Assembly (NCBI RefSeq): GCF_009914755.1
Contig: NC_060930.1
Origin: the human T2T-CHM13v2.0 reference genome, Homo sapiens
DNA length: 64,000 nt
Direction: 5' to 3' (one strand)
The position numbers were made by a program, and so were the translations under genes. Position 1 is the stretch's first letter; each line of letters begins with the position of its first letter. Below, piece after piece: positions 14,401-29,150 of the stretch. The notes under the pieces are model-generated. The model was not told the origin of the DNA. It saw only the letters and a list, made by a program, of their open reading frames with translations, and searched no databases.

Positions 14401-15217
14401 AGCCAAAGCAACCTAAGAATAGGACATGGTAGCTTAAGTTTTTCAGCTTCTCAACTGGCCACACACACACAAGTTGTGTTTGTACAATTCTTGAGGTCAA
14501 TCAGAACCAAAAAATCTGTTGCTGGAAGAAATATTATCCTCTTCATAGAAATATCCACCAGCAGAAAATTGGTTTCTCAAGGAATCCCTACTGCCCTTGT
14601 AGAAACATCAAGATTCTTGCCTGGATTCTCAACATAAGTCTTTACTCACAGGCCTATTGCTTGGTTTCAGAAGAGTGAGAACATGAAAGTTCATAAATGC
14701 CTGGGCCACTGCAACTCTAACCACTGTGTTTCCCCCAGTTTGATATGGTTCAGGATACATAGTCATAGAACAGGGCATGCAGATTGTATTTAAGACCACT
14801 GCAAGTAAGGTCTAAGGCAAAAGTAAATTAATGAGTCCAACTCTGGGGCATCCATTTAAGAGCCATTTAATCCATTTAATTACAAATAATTTCAACCCAT
14901 AGTCAGTGTTCTTCACTGTCTTCAAAAATATAAAAAGTACAAGGAATTGTGTACATTACAAACTGCTCCAGAAACAAAACCAAATGTGGATAGCTTTGTG
15001 AGCTGCAGTGTGTGGCAAATGTTCAACCTTTTGTTATGCAATATCACCCATATCGAATACCATTCTTAAAGCAGTAGACAGATGAGTCAAGTTCAATTTA
15101 ATGCAAACAATATTACTGTGTTCTAAGCGCTTCTGTTACTCGAAAGGGGTCTGATCCAGACCCCAAAAGAGGGTTCTTGGACCTCATGCAAGAAAGAATT
15201 CAGGAGTAAAGTGAAAG

Positions 15218-15826
15218 TGAAATGGGTCAGGATCAATGGTCTCATTGTCTAAGGTGTTATCCGAGCTCGTTGTCTCACAACCAAGAAAATTAAGGAGCAT
15301 GGACACAAAGGGTGAGGTTGGAGCAAAAGTTTAATAAGCAAAAGAGGAAAGCTCTCTGCAGCAGAGACGGGAGCCCAAGTGGGTTGCTGTTTTTACAGCT
15401 GAATCCAAAAGCTTTTATAAGAAACTCCTCTCATCTCTGCAGCTATTTGAGTAACTTCTCTTATCTGAAAAGCTGTCTGTACAACTGCCTCTATCTATGC
15501 AGCTATGGGGTGTCTCTAGGCGAGCACAAAGCATAGCTTCTCTTGTTGTATAATTGTGGGTTTGTTTTAAGTAAGCCACTTTCCTCCCTGCAAGTTCCCA
15601 CGGAGCAGAAAAAAGGAGGAAACTTTTTCCTGGGAGCCCACTAATCACACAGTGAACAAAAGGCTTCTATGCTGGGCCTTACTTTCTAACAGTGCAGCAG
15701 TTATAGTCTGAGTTTTCTCCAGGCTGCTCCATTTTTGCCTGTAGCTATGATTTTTCAGGCAGCCTGCTTCTCCGAGGACTAGTCTTAGCTGTTTACCTAA
15801 CTGATTGGTCCTTTTCTTCTCCCTGA
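15218..15826 (-). mobile_element. ERV1 solo LTR (MER61-like) nested in MER41
   Basis: Interrupts the MER41 consensus gtgaaag|caagtttatt; 4-bp TSD AAAG at 15214-15217 and 15827-15830. Confidence 0.7.
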
Positions 15827-15964
15827 AAAGCAAGTTTATTAAGAAAGCAAAGGAATAAAGAATGGCTACTCCATAGGCAGCGTAGCCCCAAGGGCTGCTG
15901 GTTGGCTATTTTTGTGGTTATTTCTTGATTATATGCTAAACAAGGGGTGGATTATTCATGGGTT

Positions 15965-15994
15965 TTCTGGGAAAGGAGTGGGCAATTCCCAGAA
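15965..15994. promoter_or_regulatory. Tandem GAS (STAT) motifs TTCTGGGAA and TTCCCAGAA in MER41
   Basis: Two TTCN3GAA matches at 15965-15973 and 15986-15994, the arrangement known for STAT1-bound MER41B. Confidence 0.65.
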
Positions 15995-18721
15995 CTGAGG
16001 GTTCTTCCCCTTTTAAGACCGCATAGGGCAACTTCCTGACATTGCCATGGCATTTGTAAACTGTCGTGGTACTGGTGGGAATGTTTTTTAGCATGCTAAT
16101 GCAATATAATTAGTGTATAATGAGTAGTGAGGACAACCAGAGGTAACTTTCATTGCCATCTTGGTTTTAGTGGGGTTTGGCCGGCTTCTTTACCACATCC
16201 TTTTATCAGTAAGATCTTCGTGACCTGTACCTTGTGCCAACCTCCTATCTCTTCCTGTGACTTGGAATGCCTAACCTCCTGGGAATGCAGCCCAGTAGGT
16301 CTCAGCCTTATTTTACCCAGCCTCTATTCAAGATGGAGTCGCTCTGGTTCAAACACCTCTGACACTTGAATTACAAATATAAGGACCATTGACACTGAGA
16401 TTTTAAGGGAGGAAAAACAGATTGACAGTGGACTAAAGGTACTTTTGTAGCAAGGTACTTTCCACACAATATTGAATAAATGCAGTGTATACATTTTTAA
16501 AGGAATTTTAAGAGCTCGGAAATCATTAAAATTAAGTTTATCAATTTTTGAAAGCATCTTCTGACTCAAATATATGAAAAGATTATTCTAGACCTTAGGC
16601 AGATATTCAGAGAAAGATCAGTTTTCTATGGGTTTTTTCCATCATGCATTTTATACAAATTTAATATACTTTTTCAACTCACTTTGCATTTCCTGTTACC
16701 TTGTACTGAGAACTTCATTAAAACCTGCACTTGAAATTGCACTTAAACTTTACAAAATCACAGAAGAAGTTGTTTTCCATAGGTGTGGGGTGGGATGTTA
16801 GAGCTCTAGACATTAATTCCTAGGAATCGCATACCTACGGAAAACAGTCCTCTGACCTCCTGTGACACATGGGGTGAGCCCTTCCTTTTTGTCTCAATCT
16901 CAAAAAACAGTAAGTCTTTAATCCATTTGCATCAAAAAGTACTTCATATGCTCGAAACTAAAGTAAAACTTTATTGAAATACATTAATATGCTCCTGGAA
17001 CATACTACTGGGTCTCAGACAGTGCAGAAGCTTTATTGTTTATTTGGGAAGAGCAAGGTAAGAATCAAGTAGAAATGATAAAGGGCAAGGAAAAAAGATG
17101 AAAGCTTACTCATATTAACCATTCTACCATTGGAATTATTTGCCAACACACCTTGCTGCTACTTAGAGAAAGTAGTTCACCTCACTACCTTTTATCCAAA
17201 GAAATTATCTCTAAAAGCACTCAGACATTTTGTAGAGCAAGTAGCAATCTATTCAAAGTTGTAAAGGTTCTGTAGAATCTCTCAGACCAGGTACAGGACC
17301 TACCAAAGGCCACAGCCAAGCACAAGCAGCTACATTAGACAGTTTTACAGCTCTGTATTTCAGGAAAACTTCTGTCCTGTGGGAGCAATACAAAACTATA
17401 CCAGTTTTTTGTTAGTGTAAAAATTGCCCAATATTAACCAGAGCAGCCCAAAATATTTCAGGGTAAGAATAGATATATTTATATTTTTCAGATGATATAT
17501 CTTCATTTTCGATTTTGAAAGAACAGTAATACTAATTATATCCCATGTAAGGGGCTACTGACAATTTTGATGGTACCTGAATTTGCCTCTATCATGCATC
17601 TCAATGATTTGTTGTCATCCAAAGCTATTTCATGAATCAAATATCGTTTTCTACCTGCCCCACAACTGTGTACATAAAACCTAAACCTCTGAAGCAATAA
17701 ACCTCTTCCATTACACAGGTTTAGATTCAGAGTTTTCTTGCTTAAGTTCCAACTAAAAGTATTACATTCTTAGCATAAGTATACTCATAAAGAAAAATAA
17801 GTATTTGTTTTAGGTTTTAGAGAGAGAGCACAGAGTCCCTTTGAGACAGTGGGGAAAATTCATCTTCATATTGTCACATGCACTGTAATAGGAATGTTTA
17901 GCAAAAAAAACCTTCCAGAGAAAGGTGGTTTCCAATATTACCTACAACTTGCTTTGCAATTTGATTTTTGAAAGGACCTAAAAGTTGAAAACAGGCTATC
18001 ACATCCCATTTGCTTTAAAGTCTCTTAAACTTACGCTCTTTCGCTTCAAATGCATAAATGTTTTATTTAAGTTTGCATTGCCCACTAAGGCTAGACATTT
18101 TTTGATAAATTCACAGGGTTACAAAATACCAAACGGAAATGAGATAAGTGGTATAAACCACAGAAGATATAGGAGAAGAGAAAAAAAAAGAGGAAATAAA
18201 GAAGACAACTCTTTTCCTAAGAGTCTGGGTAAAATTGAACACAGCCATATTCACTGAACAACATGAGTGAGCTTCATTAATTTAAGCACAGCAAAACTGC
18301 TTTAATTAACAAGACCAGAGAGAAGGGAGAGGAGACTACATTTGTGTGACCTAATGGTTGTGATTTCACTGTCCAAGAGGACAAAGACAAAGAAATTCTG
18401 GGAAGGAGAACAACAATTATATTCCCCCATTTCAAGAAGGGCAGAAGTGTCCCAACACTACCCAATATTTGCAAAATTCAAATGTCTCATAGGCTCTTCT
18501 TCCCTGGTTCCCTCAGGAGCTGGGTTTCTGGGTTGCAGAAGTGCTTTTCATATTCTGTATCTGGTTGTGGTGGCAATGTCACCACCCTACACTGCTGTGA
18601 CACCGAAACAACCAAGCCTAGAATCAGCTGGTGCCTCTTTTCATCTGCAGGGTAGATTTGGCTTCCATGGTTGTTCACTGCTCTGTGTTAGGAAGGCTCA
18701 GTGACAGGTGTACAGCCTTCA

Positions 18722-19177
<456 letters not shown>

Positions 19178-20997
19178 CTACACTTTTCCTACCATAGTGA
19201 TACATGTGGCTTTTCTTTGCTGTGTTCTGAGATGTCATGCTTTGAAATCAGTGGCCATTATCATCTAAGGATTCCGCCAGAGACTTCCAAAAGAAGAGGT
19301 CTCATTTATAAAGTGAATTTGAATAAAATGACCAGTTAGGTGTTTTCAGAAACACCTATGCCCTACTTGCCTACTCTTCAAGGGTTTAGGGGCTTAGGGG
19401 GAGGTTTTGTTTGGGTTTTTTGTTGCTGTTGCTTGTTTATTTGTTTGTTGTGTTTAAGACGTTTTACTTGTCCCTGAAATGTTTGTCATCACACAGATAC
19501 ACGCTCAGGATAAGAACTACCAGACTAGATTAGGAGGTCCACACCACCAATTGAGATGTACCTGTGCTCATGACTTGACATTGTGGTGGGCCGGCTACAA
19601 CCCTCCCCACCCCTCGCTTTCACTAAATAACAACTCTCTTCTCTCCATCATTTTGACTTAGAGCCAGTCAGAATTCAATCTCCAATATCCTGACTAGCAC
19701 AAGAAATCCATAGGTTGATTCTTGTTCTCCTGCATCTCTGCAGGTGGCAAACCTGATTCCTAATGCCTGTTCCTGCCTCTGCAGGGGTTCATTCAGAAAA
19801 CAGGAAAATAACAAAGGCTTCCTGTAATTCTCTTTGGCTGTAATACAATTTGTTCCCGTCTGCCCCCAGGCTCACCCAGTGCTCTGTCTCAGTGGTAAGC
19901 TGTAACTGATCACTGCTGTATTAACTCAAAACTCATTTGCTTTATGGAAATTCATGGCCCTTATTTCTCAAGGGACCAGAGAAAACCAATAGGCCTACTC
20001 CCCAGCTGAGTACTTTCCATGCAAGCTACCGCATCTGTATAAATTAGGTTCAAATAACAGAGTATTTCCAGGATTTATAAATTCAGTATTACAAATAGTA
20101 ATCTGGCAAGTGTTCTCAGGATCCCCTTGCTACCTGTAATTCAATCATATAACTTCTGAATGGGCTGGGGGAAAATAACAATAAGAAAAACTGGTGTTTA
20201 CCTGAAGATCTGCCCAGTGATTTGTGTGTTTTCTTAATAAACTTTACCCACTTATTAAAAGAATAAAATGAGGGTGGAGTTAATTCTGACTACGGGATTC
20301 CTTTTTCACTTTTATAATGAACTCCTTCCTTCTAACTAAATCTTATCATAAGCAAATCTATGCACCAAATTATTTAATACAATTCCTAATAACAGCTGAA
20401 GGACCATTTATTTGAAGCAATGTTCACCATAGCAAAATTCCAGTGAAGTCTAAGAACTGGGACAGTCCGTTGAGGATCCTTGTGCCAGGATGTATGTTGC
20501 CCCATGAATGTGCACATGCATATTAAAATATGGGCACCTCTTTTAAGTCTTTTTTTTCTCATAATAAGTTTGAAACTCACAGTAGGAAATTGAGAGATCA
20601 ATTTGGTTACTGTTTTATCATTGATCCTGAAGACAGTTGAAGCAATCATACTGGTTGTTCTCGAACTAGCTGGTTTCCCAGAGACAGCTGGAGACTGAGC
20701 AAATAAAGACATCATTGAGGAAAAAGGCTACCTTGTACCTCATGGAGAGCTGAAGGTCTGATAAATGGGAACTGCCAGGTAATAGCTATGCTATTTCTGA
20801 CATAAATTTAAAAACTAGTATTGTTTCTTCTAGCTCTGTTTTTGCATAGTGCACAGAGATCTTTGTAAAAAACAGGAAATTAATGTTAAATTGGATCTAT
20901 AAACATAAGTCAATTTGGCTCTATTATGTCAAAGAGAATAGGAGTTTTAACTTTTATCTGTGTTTTATTAATATTTTGAAGTATAGGAACCTCATGG

Positions 20998-21484
20998 TGT
21001 AGCAGGATGAGCCACAGACAAAACCTCTCAGACACCGAGTTGTAGAAGGAAGGGCTTTATTCAGCTGGGAGCATCGACCAGCTACTGTCTCAAAATCCAA
21101 GCTCCCTGAGTACACAATTTCTGTCCCTTTTAAGGGCTCACAACACTAGATTTCACATGAAAGGGTCGTGATTGATTTGAGCAAGCAAGGGGTATGTGAC
21201 AGGGGCTGCATGCACCGGTGGTCTGGGAGGAACAGAACAGGGCAGGGAGTTCTTCTATACAATAGAGAACAGAACAATGTTCTTCTATACAATGTAAGGA
21301 ATCTATGAATAACATCGGCTTCTAAATCATAAGTTGATTTTTAACTACTGGGTTTAGGCCAGGCGGGCCCAGGCCTGGTTTCGGGCCTGGCGCTGAGCTG
21401 CCTGTATTTGGTTTTACTTCCTTGTTGTTTTTACTGAATATGAAACAATATAAAACAAGGTGAGAGGGTCTTTCTCTCCTCTCA
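20998..21484 (-). mobile_element. ERV1 solo LTR (LTR15-like) in the 3'UTR
   Basis: TG...CA termini (tgtagcaggatgagcc...ctctcctctca), near-TSD atgg/atgt, minus-strand AATAAA at 21056-21061. Confidence 0.72.
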
Positions 21485-21836
21485 ATGTCAACATCATATA
21501 TGATTGGAGACTTCCACATAATTGAGTTTTAGTGCCCACTGTTACAGAAAATCATAATGGAAAAACTAAAATGTCAATAATAATTTCAGATGTGTATTTT
21601 AGTTCTCATAAGAACATCTACATTCATTTGAAAAATAGTTCTATATCTATTCTTGAAACATATTTCTTTAGTTCAAGGTCTGATGAGCTCCCAGACTGTT
21701 GGGGATTGCTCTACAGCTGCTCAAGCTTTTGAAGACTCCTGTGATTTTTTTAAATGGCTGGTTTGGTTGAAGTTTCTCTTATCAGTCAGGCACTTTGCAT
21801 TTTAAGTGTACTTTACCACCGACACCCTCCCCCCCA

Positions 21837-21838
<2 letters not shown>

Positions 21839-21872
<34 letters not shown>
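21839..21872 (+). repeat. (CA)n microsatellite in the 3'UTR
   Basis: Directly visible. Confidence 0.95.
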
Positions 21873-21873
<1 letters not shown>

Positions 21874-22150
21874 CATAGTGAAATGGACCCGTGGGAATTA
21901 TATGATAGTTGTAATCAAAATAAAATGCAATCAATACTAAAATACAATTTACCAAAGGCTTACCTCCTTATTTGAAACTCCAGCATCAATAATTTACTTG
22001 CACTCTTGTTATTTACATTTGTACTCTGGAAGTAAACTTAAAATGAAAATTAGAATTTGCTTTCAATTATACTATATCTAAATCTTAATTTGAAATTTAA
22101 ATTATTTTGTCTCTACCCAAACCATCGATTTCACGGAAATGTTTAAATTT

Positions 22151-22451
<301 letters not shown>

Positions 22452-24315
22452 AGAAATGTTTAAAATTTCATAAATCTTGAATCCATAAAATTCAATGCTA
22501 CCATTTATAATTTAATACTCCTACCATAAAAATTTCTGTGTTAGGCATAGCTATATGAATATTTGCCTATAAATCCCCATCAATTTAATAGGAATTAAGT
22601 TAGAAATACTAGTATATATATTCCCTTTATATACTAATTGTATATCCATATAAAAGCATTCGTACCATTATATGAAAGTATATATGCCATTCCATAAAAA
22701 TATATCTACCAATATAAATAGAATATATAAAGGGAATATATATATACCAATATAAATGGGAATTTATATTGGCACATACATTTCCATTATTTTAATGGGA
22801 ATTAAAGAAAAAATGCCTGTTTTCACTAAGTCATCCTTCCCCTGGCAATACATTTCCTGAACTTTTACATACTTAAATAGCCAGTTATGAAAATGTAAAA
22901 CAATGAGTGATCTTGTTGTTTTCATTTTATTATGTTATATGAAAAAAAGAAACCTTGTAAGTGCAGATTTATTTTAAAAAATTGAAAAACTACTCTGTCA
23001 AACATAGCAAATAGGAAAGTTAAAAAAAAGTAAGTCTAAAGATTAGGTGCTCTGTCACTTGTCATTACATTTTTTTATAACATTAATGACACATTTTTTG
23101 CTATCCAAATATAATTTCCACTAGAAAAGAAAAGATGTCCTCCATGTTTTAAATTGCATTTGAAATTCAGGTAACTAATAACCCTTGGTTTTAAAAGATA
23201 CATATAATGTTTCCGTAGGAAAAAAATCAAAATATTGTAAAGAATCTGAGTAAATGAGAGCCTCTCATGGTTGATTAAGTTCAGACATTTTAAACAGACT
23301 CCTGCCCACAAACTATTTTTCCTCTCCAGGAATAGGAATGGCAACTGAATTGTTCCTTCTTTATTCTATAGCTTTAAGTCAAACCTAACATAAGCAATCA
23401 ACCCTTCCACCCATTGTCCTCTTTCTAGCTGCTTATATTCCTGAGTCTGAAAGAAGGGCAGAATTAATTCGTTTCCTTGACAGTGTTGGGGGTGAAATAA
23501 AAGATAGACCCCTGCTGCTCTGCACGTAGATTCAGCTTCTATGCCAGGGTGACATTTTAATTTACAGTAGTCCAGACACCTAAACAGGACATAGAAATGT
23601 CAACTGGTCATATTAAAATAAAAAAGTATAGAATAGTTTCTGTTTTACGGATTTTGTATCCAAGTAAATGAAAACACAATCACCTTTCAAAACATGGTAT
23701 GAAATCCACAGTTGTAACAGTGAGCACAACATGCTTTCTGTGTGTGTTTTTAAGCTCTTTCCCCACATCTGCTTTTCAAAAATATTTGCCTGGAAACCTG
23801 TATTTCGCCTATAGAGACAAATACATATATTGTTTGTTGTGATAATGCACAAAAAGGAATGTTAAAAAAAAACACACAACATTGTTTTCCTTTTGATGGT
23901 CTGGGAGTTTTTCTATAAGTTTTTGGTTTTTTTTTTTTTCCTCTTCATTAGTGTGTTAGTTCCATCATCATGTCTGTTTACTATTGAAAAATAAATATCT
24001 TCATTTAAAGTAGAGACAAAGCTACTATTTCACATTTCCAGGTAGGACAGGATGATCAGATGCAGCTTTCAAAAGAACTACCTGCTAAATCATAATGGTC
24101 TCATGTGCAGATCAAAATGTCAACTAGTATATCAAACAGTGAGCAATTCACTAAATTATTTTTACATTACTCCTATTTGACTGTTTCAGATAGTTGTATA
24201 TAAAAAATATAAATTTTTGCATTGTATTGTTCTTGATGTACCAGCATACATAAACATATTAGGCTGTATTGTAAGTTTCCTGCATGTAATATGTAATGTG
24301 TAATTATATGTGATA

Positions 24316-24485
24316 AATAAAACCTAAAACTGATACAAATCTAGATTTTCCCTTGTCTTTCTCATTCTGACATTACTGACCTGTTTTAAAAGAATATTCC
24401 CCAAGTAAATGTTGCGACGTAGGTAAATAGCCTAAGAATTAGAGTAACAGACAACTTTGATACTAAATAAATACTTCAAAATAAA
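24316..24485 (+). terminator. OPRM1: Distal poly(A)-signal cluster of OPRM1 MOR-1
   Basis: AATAAA at 24316-24321 preceded by several TGTA (CFIm) elements and followed by U-rich sequence; further AATAAA at 24466 and 24480. Confidence 0.7.
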
Positions 24486-24822
24486 GAAGTGAACTTTCTC
24501 TCTTCATGAATTATTTCTATTTTTAGAACCAAAATGTCTCTAAACCTTGACAACCATAACTTCCTAAGCTAGAATTCTAACCAAACCATACAGAGAAGAA
24601 AAATATCCACTGTAAAGTCTATAGTTGAAAATATAGGCAGCTAAATCCACTGATAGTCTACTTTTTTTAAAAATTTGTTCTTGATGTTTTGAGCAGGAAA
24701 ATTATTTGCAAGAAACAAAGAGTTTGATAAGGTGAAATTCAGAGCATGCTCTGGGTTGTTAGGTACAATTTTTTGAAGTGGAAACGTCTCAACATGAAAA
24801 CACTTTATGGTAAGAAAAAAAC

Positions 24823-25181
<359 letters not shown>

Positions 25182-27168
25182 TTACAAGGGCCTTTTGAAA
25201 AGAAAAAGCTATGTCCCTATATGTAAAAATTTCATCTCTACATGGTATTACCAGATGTAATTTCCTGACACACAGTTTTTATCTTGTCCTTCTTCTGCTC
25301 AAAAGCTTTGAATGGTGTCTTATTACCTAACGATTAAAGTCCGATCCCTTCCCATGGTATTCAAGGGCCTTCATATTTTGTGTGAACATGTCACAATTTA
25401 TTCACCCATTCTGCTATCAATTGATAGACATTTGGGTCACCTCCAGTCTTAGGTGATCATAATGCTAGTGTGTGACATCTTCAGGTACACATATGCATGC
25501 ATTTGTCTGGAGTATTTATCTAGAAATTGAATTGTTTGGCAAATAATACCAAATGGTTTTCTGAAGTGACTTTACCAGTCTACCCTCCTTCCAATAATGT
25601 GTGAAAAGACTATTTTTATTGAAAAGACTATTTTTCTCAAGTTCATTGTCATGTACCCGTGCCAGAATTCAGGCAGTCCAATGTGTGTTGGTCTGTTTCC
25701 AACTGTTGAATTTTTCCATTGATCTGTCCATTCTGTTTTAGATACTGTGCGTTTGCAATGAGTCTTGATTATCTAGCAGCGTAAGCCCTCCAAGTGCTTC
25801 ATTCTCAAGACTGACTGCTGTTCTTGACCCTTTACATTTCTGTATAAATCTTAGAACTAGCTTGTTCATTTCCACAGAAAAGGCCAAAGGGATTGTGATA
25901 AAGATAAACTGTTGTCCACTGGAAATGGCCTATGGTTTGGTTGACTGGGACATAGGGTTTGAAAGCTGAGCAATGGAAGAAGCTTTAAGTTTGGCTGAAG
26001 ACTCATTTTTAAAAACTTTGGCTGTCATTTAAGGAGTATGCACTTTATTCACTGCACAGTGGGGAACCATCAGTGATCTTTAAGAACAGAAGTCAGATGA
26101 TTAGATTTGTCTTTCTGAAAGATCACTAGGAGGCAACATCCATGCCTAATTTCTGTCACCTAAATTCCCAGGTATCTACTCTAAATACAGAGTTATATTC
26201 ATACCCAGGCTTTGGGAGATGAATTATTCCTTCTGGAACCCCAAAGCAGAGGAGAAGTTGTTTCATGCCTGGCTTTGCAGGAGAGAGACCTCACCATGGG
26301 ATAGAGTAAACAAAGCCAACCAGATACTTCTTTCTGATGCATCGACATTCAATCCAAGATTTAGTTTGAGAGGCAGGAGGGTGCCCTCTCTGAAATGGTT
26401 TATGTCTGCAAAGAAGACTTCTGATGTGCAAGAAGAGACCAGCAGATACAATGGCCCTGGTTCTGAAGCTGCGCCTGAATCACCCACCCTGCATCTCACA
26501 TCACCCCTTGCCCTCCCTCTAATCCCCAGGCCGAGGCAGGGAACCCACTTAGCACTGACAGTGCTAGAGACATAATATATCCAGAAGCCACACTGAGGAC
26601 CATCAAACACAACAGAACAGGAACTTGTTAAAAGATATTCAACCAGGGCTCAGACTCCTCACCCTCAAGCTTCTGACTCAGATAGAAGGAGCGATCAGGC
26701 CAACCTGCAAATTGCAGATAGTTCTCTTCGAGAAACTGGCTAGCTGAGCAGCGAATTTAAAATTTAACATGCATTTTTTTTTTAGGACAAGAGTCCTAAA
26801 AAACCACTATTTGAGTCCAAAGAAAACCACTATTTGAGAAGGGAAAATGAGAATAGTAGTTAACCCAGTTGTCAAAAATAGCTGACAGAAACTATCTATT
26901 TAAATTAGGTTTCATTTTGGGAAGAGAAGATCTCAGAACCCTTCTTTCATACCCACCCATCATCTATGGGTTTCCCAGAGCCAGTCTGGTGGCCAGCCAA
27001 GACGTGGACAATTTCACTAAGTCAAATCTATAGTCCGCATTCTAACAACGCTTTTTAAATTTCTTTTTTGCCATGTGTACTATGGAATTCACTGGAGGTG
27101 TCAGAATATGAGAACAGATATCTTCCCTTATTAAGTCTATGTACCCATCCTAAAGAATATTGACATTC

Positions 27169-27460
27169 GGCCAAGTGCAGTGGCTCATGCCTATAATCCC
27201 AGCACTTTGGGAGGCCAAGGCGGGTGGATCACCTGAGGTCCGGAGTTCAAGACCAGCCTGGCCCACATGGCAACACCCCGTCTCTACTAAAAATACAAAA
27301 ATTAGCCAGGCATGGTGGCAGGCACCTGTAATCCCAGCTACTCGGGAGGCTGAGGCAGGAAGAATCGCTTGAATCTGAGAGGTGGAGGTTGCAGTGAACC
27401 GAGATCATGCCACTGCACTCCAGCCTGGACAACAGAGTAAGACTCCATGTAAAAAAAAAT
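27169..27460 (+). mobile_element. AluSx-like
   Basis: Alu consensus. Confidence 0.93.
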
Positions 27461-27515
27461 ATATAGATAGATATAGATATAGATATAGATATAGATATAG
27501 ATATAGATATAGATA
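27461..27515 (+). repeat. (ATAGAT)n hexanucleotide repeat at the Alu tail
   Basis: Directly visible. Confidence 0.95.
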
Positions 27516-28919
27516 TTTTGTCAAGCATACTACAGCTTAATGTTTGTCCAGATGTGGGGGAAACTTTGTTTTTTAACTCTGTCTTCTTCCTAGTGGCAGG
27601 CTCCCTGGCCAACTTGAAAAGGCTATATAAAAGGCTTGGTCCAGCCATGGTGTCCAACTTCTCCAAGGTACCTAGGCCTCATATCCAGGCATATAGAACC
27701 TCTTGGCCTTGGCCAAGTCTCCCGAGGAATGAAAGCAGTAGCTGTAGGCACCACTCGACATTTTCCTAGTACAGCCTGGTACTCCCAGCAGTGCCAAAGC
27801 TGCTAGTTTCCCATTGAAACTAGAAATGTGTTTTCTGAAAGGAAAGTATACCCAAAACATCAAGACTGAGAGAAAAAAATTGAAAGCATTTCATATTTAA
27901 TGTCCCTAAAGAAGCATCGTAGGGAATATTAAACTCAAAACTTTGCTGGGCTTTACCTGTGTTGAGTATTTTTATCATTTTGACTTACACACAGAAGGAG
28001 AATCATTCTCTTGAGTGTTTAGCACCTATAAAGGCGTGATTCGGCTCTGCCTCCAGGAAGGCTGAGACATCATATCCCAGAGAGTCCTGGGTGATCACAG
28101 GGAAATGGCTGAATATGAATTTGTTGGGTCCTGGCCATCATAAAGGCAAAAGAAGCTATAGCCAAGGGATCCCAGGCAAACCCCTACCTGTGTCATGCCT
28201 GTCACTAGTTCTGTTTTCTGGGGCTTCCACGTCTCTATCTCCCCATCACCACTCTCCTGCCCCTCGCCTCCCTGACTGCGCCATGGTTTCATTCCAAGGC
28301 TAAATATTTAATACGAAGAACACTCTGCCCAAGTTAGAAGGAGAGAAGAAATAAGAGAAACTCCTATGAGAATGTGTGTATGATATTAGGCTATCCCTGA
28401 CTCTTCTTGTAAAATAATGGTGTCAATTTCAGCTGAATCATCTAGAAAGAGATGTCAGATATATCTAAGTGATTCTGTAGACTGAACTCATCTAAATCTC
28501 TCATACCCACCTGAGGGGCCCTCTCTAGAATGGCCAGGGGGATCTCATGTTCCACCTAATCCCTCAGCCCCTCCGCTTGGTTCCTGGGCCCTCTTCCTGC
28601 ACTGGCGCAGCATCCCCACAGACAGTGCCCAAGACAGTGTCTGAAATTCAGGTACAACAAAAATATACATCTCCTTTACTTCAAATACATGGGGAGAGTG
28701 GTGAAAACTGGCAGCTGCTTTCCATGACCTGCCCATATGATGTGGATGGAGCTGGGATTTGAAGGGATGCCAACATGTGACTTGCAAAGGATGGGTGAAA
28801 AGGGAGGCAAGCCGAGCGATAGGTAGCTGCCCACACCTACTTGTCAAAAAAACATTCCTGCTGCTATTTGGGGATATAAAGTGTCTTTGAAAGCAGCTCA
28901 CATTTTAAACCTTTTAATG

Positions 28920-29150
28920 ATAACAAAAATTGTAATAATGATCTTGTGAACATACATCAAGTATGGACTATTTATGGTCATTCCACTAAGATCTTTATGA
29001 TCTCATTTAATCTTCACGACAACCTTAGACAGTAATACTAGTATCTCGTTTCACAGATTAGGAAACCAAGCCTGAGAGATTACATTACCCACAGTAGCCC
29101 AGCTAATATATTATGTCAAAACTATACTTTTAACCTCCACATTACACTAC
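28920..29150 (-). mobile_element. MIR fragment
   Basis: ctcatttaatcttcacgacaacc...tttcacagattaggaaaccaagcctgagag core-like sequence. Confidence 0.55.

Larger units (their letters stand above)
15134..16364 (-). mobile_element. MER41-family solo LTR, split by a nested LTR
   Basis: Minus-strand start tgtcagaggtgtttgaaccagagcgactccatcttgaata; other end tgttactcgaaaggggtctgatccagacccc; near-TSD cttc/cttg. Confidence 0.88.

Noticed and set aside
25603-26840. Short direct duplications (tgaaaagactattttt twice; aaaaccactatttgag twice) as array-like repeats
   Set aside because: Only two adjacent copies each; ordinary slippage duplications, not CRISPR-like or functional arrays
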